This document shows, piece after piece, positions 35,405 through 47,100 of a stretch of DNA of 64,000 nt (position 1 is its first letter; the number at the start of each line of letters is the position of its first letter). Source of the stretch: Phoronis australis (lineage: Eukaryota; Animalia; Phoronida). The translations under genes were made by a program, and so were the position numbers. The notes below the pieces were generated by a model, which had not been told where the DNA came from, did no database searches, and worked only from the letters and a program-made list of their open reading frames with translations. The stretch is from NCBI GenBank assembly GCA_002633005.1, contig NMRA01000270.1, positions 456,345 to 520,344 of the forward strand, given 5' to 3'.

Positions 35405-35596
35405 TTGGTAATCATTGTACGTGCCATGTACATACCACATACCAAATATGACAGCTAATTGTTCACAATTGGTAATCATTGTACCTACCATGTACATACT
35501 ACATGCCAAATATGACAGTTAATTGTTCACAATTGGTAGTCACTGTACATACCATGTACGTACCACATACCAAATATGACAGCTAATTGTTCACAA
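35405..35596. repeat. 64-bp minisatellite, 3 copies
   Basis: Unit starts at 35405, 35469, 35533. Confidence 0.9.
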
Positions 35597-37986
35597 CCCA
35601 GAGTTTAAGAGCATGAGTTAACAATCAAATCACCTTAAAATGACACGTTCCAACTGTATCAAACAGTAAAAATCATTCATGTTATGTGCAAAATACATAC
35701 TATCAAAGTGCATTCAGACATTTCAGTCAAGTAACATATAACAAGTATCTATCAAAAGTCTATAAAATACCACAAAGATGGTGTTGCAATTAACAATAGT
35801 ATAAATGTATAGGACCATAATACGCCCGATGGGTAAGGAAATGTGAAGCTGACAATTTGAAGACGTAATTTCTATTCGGCAAAACGTTTAAAAATAAAGC
35901 TGTAGCTGAAACACAAAGCAACGATTGGCACAAATGTTATTCACAAAGACATGGTTTGTTGGTCATCAGTGCCCAGCGTTTGTTTTCTCATCCATGGAAA
36001 GCAATCGTATTCTTCAACAACATTTTACGTGGAAACAAGCGTGGTTACACTGGCCTTGTCTTAATTTAAAATCCCACACACAGATTGTGAATCACCATTG
36101 ATGGTGTAATCAATAGCTCGACGAGTAGATTTTATGAATTGACTGCCTAAAGTTGACTTAGAACTGTAGAAGGCAAAGATCTCTACACACCAGATGAATA
36201 GTTTGGTAGACAGATAATTAGTCAAGAAATTAAACAAATATAACAAAGTTTCTAAAATAGATCGACTCAACAACTAAATGTTATATTTACAATGAGACTA
36301 GTCTACAGCTAAAATGCAAATAACTTGGCATAAAATACTTTGGAAAACCAACGTACATATCTAACACTGAAAGTTGGTGCTGGAGTTCAACCCCAGGTGG
36401 CACTACTATTACAGATGAGCGATAAGTATCGCATCCAGCCTCTATTAACAATACAGTCCGGTGAAAATCTTGAAAAAGAGGCCTTATGGTTAAACCTTTA
36501 CCACATCAAGCTATGACATGATTTGTATGGGTTTCCAGCATTTCAAATTTACTTCTGTTTCTGTAATTTCTCCCAAAACAATTCTGTGTTCAGTTGCTGC
36601 ACAATGATTTCAACTGCACACTTTTCGTACAACCAAACCAGAAGCACAGCTCTACTGCAAACCAAAACAAAATGCTCTGCTCCAGTGAGGTAGTGAGCAG
36701 TGGGCATGGCGATCAAAACCCATATTTATCATCCGGAGTATCACTTAAGTTTTTCCAGTTAAAAGTTGTAGCAGGGCACTTTATGTTCTGCTGATTTATA
36801 TACACTGATTGCCTTCAATCAAGAACCAGATGTTGGATATGTTCAGCAGACTCTCAATGATAATAAAGGCCGGATGTCAGACTAACGACCAATCTCGGCT
36901 AATTACAACATGTGATGAATTCACAACAGGCTAGATGAAAAAGGCACCAGTTATTTGTTTAAAATTACAAAAATAATTTAGTTATACAATAATCAGCTTT
37001 GCTCTAATTAGAAGTTGATTTAGCCACAACAAGCTGGCAAACATGTGAATGTTTAACAATAACAACCTCAGACAGTGATGACAAAAGCATCTGTCCAAAA
37101 TGGGAACATTTCTACTTCAAAGGATCACCAGCTGCTTATCCTACCTAACTTTGCGTAAAGTCATGACCTAAAATATGCATTTGCAAATTCAAAGATAAAT
37201 CTTCACCTAAAGATGGTTTATTTATACATAAAATTGGAGTTTTAGCAAAGTTGCGTGTGCTGGTTCGTACATTAAAGAATTTCAATGTTTTCTGTTGGGA
37301 TCTATGTCCCCACAAGGTGATGGTATTAACTTAAAGCTTAATCCTGCAGACTGATCAGGTCTTTACTCTGCATAACCTCTAAGTCCTTCATCACGTCCCT
37401 TCCAATACAAATGAATGCACACCAAAACTCCCTAAAATTCTTTTCGTAAATCACTCATTTTCACCCCATTACTGCCCGTTACACAGGCACAGTGTCCTCC
37501 ACAATATACACAGACACTATGATTCAGGATGAATGGCTCCAACGTGAACCTCAATCAGCCCACATGTCAGCTCACTTGAGATCAGTACTCGCACACAGTG
37601 TAAAACAGGTTCTCAACAAACTACACAGTGGACATTTGGCAAATTTTGGCAAAACTAAATACCACTTCAACGACAAGTTGAATCAGTGATGAAACTTATA
37701 AACAAGAACCGCAAACATATCAGCAGTTTCGTTATTACACGCTAAACAGTACTGTCTGACGGATATCACAGGTGTTACAAATACAGCGTGGAAGAACTCT
37801 TATTGTAGCTAGTTTGAAAGGAGAAGCAAATATTAACATAATGACATGCTGGGTAATTCCTGTCACTTTTGACATTGCATCTCTGTAAGCCAATTGTTGA
37901 TGGTCCACAGAGATTGACCACGACTGTCCAGTCGTATTATTGCGCTCCCAGTTCGTAGTCACCCCCTGCCCCACACCAAAACACCC

Positions 37987-38100
37987 CTAGTCCTTCACTA
38001 GCCGGTAGATGTGATGCTGGGCTCCATGTTCACTCGTCGACACTTCAAACACATAGGCGACGCACAACAGTGTCTCTTGCGTTTCCCTGTTACTCACCAC
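37987..38100 (-). CDS. TEAD: TEAD terminal coding exon ([37 protein letters not shown])
   Basis: cctcag acceptor, TAG stop. Confidence 0.95.
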   Translation of the reverse strand: MVSNRETQETLLCVAYVFEVSTSEHGAQHHIYRLVKD

Positions 38101-41100
38101 CTGAGGAGGTAAGAAAAGCACGTTAGCAGCAGACTTGGCAAAATAATGGAAAAGTTCACTGCATTTCCATTTATTCAACAACTATGGTCTCCAGCAATAA
38201 CGAAATGTCAAATTCTTTGCAAGACCCAAAATCACTTCTCTTCTGAGTAAGAAGGGAGTTGATACCAATTTGATACCGATAAGTGATCTAAATCAAATGT
38301 TATTACTTCGATGGAACACAGGTTTATAAACCACTTTTGTAAAGTCATAATGCCAATGCATGACCAAATCTCACAACTTGTACGACTACGATGGGGAGAC
38401 ATGCATGTATTTCAGAGGGGATTTGCTTTGATTTGCAACTGTGGAACAAGGTCAGTTTTCCATGACTGAACTGGGTCCAGGGTAGGGCTCCTCTTTGGTG
38501 CTTGGACCAGCTTACTTGGCTTTAAGTTAAGATTTTGAGCGTCTGAAACAACAGGCGACGCAGACATCACAGCTCACACACTCAGGAATAATTCCGCACC
38601 CATCAACACGACTTACTGGACTCATGTGACTAGGAATCATGTGCATGACCCGAGGAAGAGTCCGTGAGCCGTGTTTACTGGTGTAGGAGCCGTCAAGGTA
38701 GTCCCTGAACAGTGCTTGTGGTACAGAAGCCGTGTTTTGCGAGTCGGCAAACAGAGTTTACCATTAGCCGTTTTCATGAATTCAGACCCATGAGCACGAG
38801 TGTGTGAGTGTGTTTGGGTAACCTGAAAAAGCCCACAGCCTCACTTCAGCCCTAAAATCCCTTGTCCTATCCAACCTCCAAGTACCAAACAAAGCCACCA
38901 ATATAGCAGTAAATCCCACGCACACTCAGTCGTATTTACCTGAAGTATAGTGAAGTTCTCCAGTACGCTGTTCATCATGTATTTTTCGGGCAGATGCTTC
39001 AGCTTGTGAATAAAGTTGATCATATATTCGCACATGGGCGAGCGGTGGATTCGGTAGACCCAGTGGCCGTTCTCAAAGCGTGAGAACTCAGTCTAGAACA
39101 AGAAAATCGTCTAATGGGTTAAGATTGCATTCAACAGTACTGTGCTATTATCAACGTGTTACTAAAAAGGACAAAAATTATGACACAATTTGAGTGTTAG
39201 CTTGACGTATGTTTCTGTAAGCTAAATAATATACCTAAGAAAGGCTCTCACAAATGAAATGACGGTCATGAGAGATCTGTTGACCAGTATGTAAAAAGCT
39301 GTACTTCACCTGTTTAGCTGGCTGAAAATCAAAAATCAAATTTGGTCTTTTATTACTGACATAACAAAGGTCTTTTAACATTCCTTAATGTGATGTGATT
39401 CAGTTTCTATTACCAAATCAAGTCACAAACACCATTTTCAAATTCCCAATTTTAGTGATAACCGAAGAATTTTTTGAGTCCCAGATGGTTTTGATGTTTT
39501 AGTTGGCAATGAAAAAAGAATCCCATCACGGTACGAAATACTGTAAAATCAGTTTTATGAGAGTAAAAGTCTGATTTGGTTGTTTTTAATCACCTAATCA
39601 GGACACAAGACAAAGCCCATACTAGTACAGAGTTTTAGGAGCTATGTTGTGGACTCCTCATTGGAAATGCCAGCTCAAAATTAGAAACAACTACTCTACA
39701 GGTAACACAGTACCTCCACTTTTTCAACCACTTGTTTTCCAAAGGAGCACACTTTTGTTGAGCATTGTATCGTCACATTTTCCGAACTTTCATAGCTGAA
39801 ATAAAGACAGGTTGAATGACAAAAATTGAGTGGCAAAGCTGAAAATCACACATAAAGGCAGAAGTAAGTGAACACCAAAGAAACAAAAATATTGTGCCGT
39901 ACTCGTCCGGGTTACGACCCATGCTCGGCTTACCGCCCACCCCAGAAAATTTCAATTTTTCATTTTTAAGCGCCCATGCTCGGCTTACTGCCCACCCCCA
40001 ATTTTTCATGATCGAGACTTCCGTAAAAGTATCATTCCGTTCTTCTGTGAAAAAAATAAGATTCTAAAACATGCGCAACTCGCTTACCTTTCTGTGACAA
40101 TCAATCAGTTTTAGCGGAACTGGGACCTTGCCTTAGCATGGCAGTAAAATACCCGTATTCTCAGGCCCTTTACTGAAGGAGACACAATTGTTTCCTTTGG
40201 ATTACGCGCGCAACTCATGTCAGCATGTACTGATCACTGAGACAGCGCTTGTCGAATGTATTTCATTTGCTGTAGCACAACCAGTAAAGCAGTACTTGAC
40301 AGGGATATCCCGTCTGTGACCAATCTTTCTGTGATTCCCCGTGACAGTACACGTAACATAACCACCCTGAGCATTGAAATAAGAAAATACATGGTCCGTT
40401 GTAACAAGCCAACTTGTGTCGTAGTTCCCATCTTGGTTAAACGCATGTTTTTAATGACTTTCATTCCCGACACCAAAATGGAAGCACCCAACCAAAGGCA
40501 AGAGCCCAAAAATCAACATGTCATTAGCGCAAGTCGAACATTCTATCCACGTTCTACGTGGTCAAAAACTTATTTTTTGAACGTTTGATTTGCCCGATGA
40601 CTTTTTACAAGATGTGTTTTTGCTTCGTTATTTTGGCAGCTGACCCAGTACCCGTATTGCCTAATAGTAGTATTGTGGGATTGTTGAGCATGTGCTTTGA
40701 ACGACTGCGGTGTTGGCTTTGAACTCAAAAAGAAATATACAATGTATATAAAATGTTACATTGTTCAAAATATTCAATAAGAAGACCTGTCAATCATTAG
40801 CATATGCTGGGTTGCCTAACTAAGTTCAAAGTATTCAGTACTGAAGAAGACCTGCCAATCATTAGCACATGCTTGGTTGCCTAAGCGTCCAGGGGGAAGC
40901 AAATCTTTACACAATCAAGTGATTCACTTAAAAATACACCGCGAACTAGCAGAGTCTTATTTGATCGCTTTTCTCTCAAGAAATTTGGCCTACTGAAAGC
41001 ATGCCTACCTGTAGGAATACCTTAGTTCTAAGAGATGACCAGCAGCGAACGAGGTATGTAAAAACCCAATCACGCTCAGGATCACTCCCCCGACCTATAT

Positions 41101-44100
41101 TTTAACTGATATTTTTGAAGTCCGACGTCAGTGTAGCTCCGTTCGGGTAAAATCAGTCCTCCGTGCAGTAAGCAACAACTCCCGACTTCAAAAGTTTCGC
41201 TTTTAACTGCCCATCCTCGGTTTACCGCCCACCCCCCAAGATTCCCAATTTAAGCACCCTGGGTGGTAACGCCGACGAGTACGGTACTATACACCATTGT
41301 AACAATGTCTCGTAGAAATCTGTTTTATAAACTTCTAAGCACTGATTATAACGGATTCATGTCGTTCATATTTGCGTCATATTTTTTGCTCAATATTTAC
41401 ACTTACAGACTGGTCACACCATAAAACGTTCCACTTTCATCTTGCACATTTGTGTTTAGATCAGCCTGAAAAGCACATCAGCCTATGAATTACTCTGTGA
41501 AATAATTGAAGACAGTTCAAGGACGGAGTGCTCTGAAAAGCGGCCAGATAATAAACTGGAGTGCATTAACAACATCAAACAGATGTGAACAAAGCAACCT
41601 GCGCCAGTTTACAGCGTTAGACAAGTTCCAAGACTTCTGTGGGCAGAAAGAGCAGCTTTTTAGTATTTCTCAAAAGCCGTCATAATCCATTTTTTTTTTT
41701 GAAATGTGCAGCAAATTTGGCACATGATCTCCTACAATGTCACAAGAAACCAAAAATGAATAACCAAACTGGTTCTTAACAAATAAAAATGAAAAAATTT
41801 ATCAATGGAATGACACTGCGTCTGGATCTCACGGCCTTAAGCCTGGCCACTGATTGACCTTTGGTCAAGCGGCTATCAAGAGACATGTTAAACCAGCAAC
41901 GGATGTGTCCCATATGTGACTGAGTTGAAACCTCAGACACCCTGCTTGCTCAGAGACGGTTTTTCCATAAAAGTAGTTCCAGTATCAACTAATTTCTTTA
42001 TTCATCTACTACTACTGGATGTTTGAAAACTTTAACGATTAATTGTTGATTTATTTATAGTGTACTTCCCATTATCATCATCGCATTAGTTGCTTACATT
42101 CACTACTCATAAACAGTGAACATACACTAAAGTTGCGCTAGTTGAGAACTCACCCAGAACTTGACCAGGAAGAACGCCGACTGCGGACCTTTGTCATACA
42201 ACTCTTTCAAGCCGCCTTTCTTTTCAGGAAATTTATCATAAATCTGTCTCACGTCAACGGCCTGAAGGAATGAGGAAGTTATGTACACGGGAGTCATACA
42301 CTGGGATTTTTATTTTTAGTCATTGACAAGTTAAACAAAACTGATAAAGTTCGTCATTTAGATAACACAAATATAAACAGATTATGTAGTCACTGTTACA
42401 AACTAAAGGAGTTTCAGAACGTACCTCTAGGAGAGGGTCAGCATATGTGGGGGGTGTTCCAATATGAACAAATAAATGCTTGTTGTACTGAAAAACAAAC
42501 AAACAGAAACATACTGATGCGGAAAATTAATTACATGCAGTTAGCAAATGATATGAAATAAGAGTCTGGTACAACAGCAAGAGAAGTACACTTAATGGCA
42601 GACTTCAAAAATAAGAATGCTTTAAAAAAAACAATTCTTAGTAAACCAACATAGACTGCTGGCTGTCTCTTGGCCAGCACACAAAAGATTTTATAAGCAC
42701 TATATTTATCATTGAGCATTGGATTAATTGGACATAAATGCCAACCTTTGATCAAAAGAGATCATACATAATAAAGCACCATTCACTGTTTATTGAAAAT
42801 TTCTTTCTCTGTAACAGAAAGGTCAGTAAACCCGGACTTATTTCTGAATAAAAGGTTGTACATGAATATTCATCACTCACTAAGTGAGAACTCTATGAGA
42901 ATGTTCACAATTCTATATGAGAAGAAAGATGAACAAACTAACCGACTCTGGGTCCCGCTGCTGCTCAAGAAAGGCTGAAAATTCGACTAGACGTAGTTTG
43001 GGACCAGCGATCGACCTGCCCTGCCAGGCTGGTGCTGACAGCTCTCCCTGGGGGTTCGGTGGCTTGGTGTCCACACCATAGGTGGGGTAAGGTGGTTTCA
43101 CACTGCAAGGCACAGCCAATCACATACTATACCGTTTCCACCACATAGATCACATAAAGAGTACTACTTGCTTAATCGCGGCAGTCTGTCGTGTAACATG
43201 ACGTTCACAACACATGGCCAAGCTGAACAAAAACACTCTACAGACAAGACCAGCCTTATACTTGCCTAATGGCAATATACAAGAAAATTCTACACAAATA
43301 TACCCAGGCCAAGTATTTTGAAAAGAACTTTGCATGGTTGAGCCCTAAAACTTTTCAGTTTCACAGAAAATGAACTTTGAACCTTCACGCGTTTAAACGC
43401 TACCTCTTTTTTACTATGCAATTATTGAGTTTCAACGAGGTCAATAAGTTGGTTTTCAGACTCCAAAAATGTCATAATGACTGAGCCTAAGCTGGTTGTT
43501 CCTTTGCCCATTCCGCATAACTCCTGGAAATCTTTTCAAAATTTCCCAATATTTTGGGTAAAAAATGGTAACTGATCGAAAGAGTGATCATCATACGAGC
43601 AAAAGTAGAAACATTGCCTCCTACCAGGAATTACCAGTAGCAGATGAAATCGGCTTAGCATCAGTCTGGGGTCTGAAAACCAACATATTGACCTAGATCA
43701 AAGTCAGTACCTGCATATTACTAAGTAAATCGTAAAATTGAACTTAATCCTTGATGAAAACAGGAACAGCAACAAAAGTAGAAAAAGTAGAAATGAGTAA
43801 AAGAAAAGTAAAATTATGTTTCGAAAACAACTTACTCTCCTTGAGGTATCGCATGGGGCCAAAACTAAAAAAAAAAGAAAACAATGGCATCAATGAACCA
43901 CAACACAAAATAATGATTACTAAATGTAATGGACAAGTACAGAAAAACTATAAGTAAATCAAGTTCAATCCATGCAAACTTCACATCAGTTGTTTTCAGC
44001 GTTTTCCCTCACTATGTAAACCTGATAAATACGATTTCTGAGGAAGACATAGAGTTAACCGCTTCACAAACTTACACCAGTATTTGTCAAGACTAAACAC

Positions 44101-47100
44101 TATCTCCAGGTGGTTACGCCGAGTCAGTCAAAGAGACTGTATCGTCATACGCAATGAAAATATGTTCAGTAAATTGTTGATGAACCGAGACAGTTGGATA
44201 TTACATGAAAGGCTACGTACCGGTGGTGCCCCGGTGTAGGGTCCACCTGGCCTGACCCCGCCCGGTATGCCGGGGGGACCAAAGCCAGGCAGTGCAGCGC
44301 CCAGCGTCTTGTTGTGTATTGCACTGGCTGAGACTATCTGGGCAGACGACATTGCGGCCATGCTTTGGAGGGCCTTGTCTTTAGACGCCTGATCCTGGTA
44401 AGACGAGAAAGTCTTGAGGTTATGAAAGAGAAGAGACAACGGCTTTACAGAAAGAGTGCGAGGCAGGGAGCTGAGTGATGCACAGAGACACAGCACGGCA
44501 GTCAATCACCCTCTCTCACCAACTGCAAGGCCATTCTTCCTAACGTTTCTACTCAAGAATGCAATTCATCTCTATTGGCGAAGCTAGGATCTCGCAACGA
44601 TGAATGACCCAACCATGAGAATAAGCATTTGCAATAACCTTAAAGAGGCAGAGCACCACTTTTGTCATGGGGAAAAAGGAGTCCCGCCCCCCTTCCCCAA
44701 ACCTGATTACTCTCCCCTTTTTATGCATCGCAATTCTTTTCTTGCAAATATGTTTCTTTGCTCATGACCTAATTTTTCTGATTCGTGAAAAAAGAAATAA
44801 ATTTGTACTAAAAGGATTATTCTGCAAGACAAAAAATGCACCATTGTGTTCATGAGAAAAGAACGTTGTTAATGAGAATGGCTACGCAGTTCAGAGGGAA
44901 TATGAATGAGCCATCTAACACTAATGCTCTTTAAAAGAAAAGACTTACAGAAAAATGACATAACTTTGGATGCCTTGGCAAATAAAAGAACAAAAAAATG
45001 ACTTACAAGTTTAAATAACTGGTGACTATTTTTTTTGGCAATACCTGGTCAGTTGAGAAACCCTAGTTTCATTTTCGAAACAGAAAAATGACATCACAGT
45101 TGCACACCTCCAATGATTGTGTTGAGACTTCATGTTATTTCCTCAAGAGAATTAAATTGTAGCTTGAATGTGTCTTGTGTTATTCTCATGGAATCATAAT
45201 CTCAAAGTCTCAGTACCCATTGGACAGCTCTGATCTATGGTGATGAGTCTACTTGTTTATAGCCCTGTTTACATAGTCTACAGACACACATACACTATAG
45301 TTACCTCAAGGGTTCATTAATCAATGGCTTTTTAAAAATTGTTTTAAGAAAACAAATATGGTGTCCAGTTACTTAACAATACATTTTAAGTCTTGACATT
45401 TGCCAAATTATCCTACCACCCATTGTTCCAACATTTTCTTTTAGGAGACAATGTATTCCTATGTGAGTCGTGAATGGTATATACAGTCCCTGCTGAAGTG
45501 CAAGGGGGGAGAGCACCGTGTAATCTGTGACTGGTGACTAATCAGGATCAGGGGCAGATCCAAGAATTGGTGTTAAGGGCAGGGCAGAGTACTAGCCAGG
45601 ATTTTGCATGTCAAACATTCGCACCCCCGAACTACCAAAAGGAATCTGGGAGAATTTTGGGTGGGGCATGGCCCCCTTGCTCCCCTAAATCCATCACTGA
45701 GTATTAACCCACATCTTCACGTTTTAGCAAAAAACTGCATGAAAAGTAAGAAGACATACTACTATAGACAAAACAAGAGATTTACCATAATGTAACTACT
45801 AATTAACTCATGACTGTAAGCCAAGCCAAACAAATGCTCTTTTCAATTTCAGACAGCCAGTTGTGTCAACTTACTGCTCAAAGTTCATAGTGTGAATGAT
45901 GAATGCCAAGTTAAATAGATGACTTATGATGTTTACAAACATGTAGTACACAAGGGTTACATTCTTAGAGCTTTTCTACAGTTTTTAATACCTCTCTTTT
46001 GTCACCAGGCTCAAAAATGTCAAAAGAGATCATGAACAGTGCATAAAGCATTTGATGAACTTTTTGTTTTACGGAACTGTTACACGAATAGCTGACCAAC
46101 TTGGAACTGTTACAAGAATAGCTGACCAACCGAGAAGGGTGAGATCAGGATACAGGAAGGAGGGAGGCAAACGGGTGAAGGAAGTGGTGGTGTAGTGTGG
46201 TACTGCCGGTCGATACCCAGACCTGGCGCTGTCATATCGACTTTGGACAGACTCTGACAAACTAAGCAATTTTAAGCAATTTTTGCAACACAACCTGGAC
46301 ACATTTCTGAGTACAGAAGGATTACAAGAGAATACAAGTGTAGAGATTCTTCGATTAACAAAGCAATATGGCGGAAAGTCAAGAAGTTTTTCAAAAAATA
46401 CAGGAAGTTTTTGTTTGCACTTTGCAACCAGCAGCGAAGACCATTTAGTCATTTGAGCAATTACGTTTGACCAAAACTAAAGTCTTGGTCATAACTCACA
46501 ACTCACACACACACAATTCTTGCAAAGCGGGGACTGGGTATGAAGCATAGCCAGGATAATAGATTAGGTTAGGGAAAAACCGTCTAAAAACACCGAAAGA
46601 CGAAACACAATACAATACAATAAAATACAATGCAATAGAGGAGGTAAACTTAACACAGTGGTAATGCAATAGGCGAGAGAAGCGGTGTACTCTCACTAGC
46701 GAGAGATTTCTGTCCAAGCCTGGTGTACAGAGCACTAGCTCATGTGAATTGGACATGATCAGAAAAAGGAGATACATTCATGAAGCAATCTTGACTAGCC
46801 ACATGGTAACAGGGATTTCCAACGCCACTTGGTGCTGTTCAAAGGCATTCTATTTCACAGCATGAGACATGGAGACACTATTTCACACAACTGATCAGCT
46901 GCTAAATGTCAATCTAAGTAGCGTTATAGACCAATCAGAGTGTGGAATATGGTCACGTGACGTAAAGAAACGTCTACCACATGCGCCTCTGACAGCTTCC
47001 TTGGCCATTTTTGAGTACAAGCAGTGCAAGTGTGGGTTCCATGGAAAATGGTGAAACGGTGTCAAAGGGGCTTGTATCAATCTAACAGTTGATATTGTGA

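Noticed and set aside
19763-35596. Regular short repeats (26, 43 and 64 bp) as CRISPR-like arrays
   Set aside because: Units are head-to-tail with no unique spacers, there are no cas genes, and the context is eukaryotic; they are minisatellites
40234-40588. Transposase ORF inside the 1.4-kb intronic element
   Set aside because: No DDE/DDD or HTH motif recognised in the translations
40780-40890. Hammerhead ribozyme in a 64-bp tandem duplication (CTGAAGA...)
   Set aside because: No downstream GAAA core or closing stems found
44690-44790. Third TEA helix-3-like exon ([10 protein letters not shown])
   Set aside because: Similarity is weak, there are in-frame stops and the splice phase is incompatible
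45007-45018. 12-nt TEAD microexon LFKL with GTAAGT donor
   Set aside because: The acceptor lacks a pyrimidine tract (A-rich upstream)
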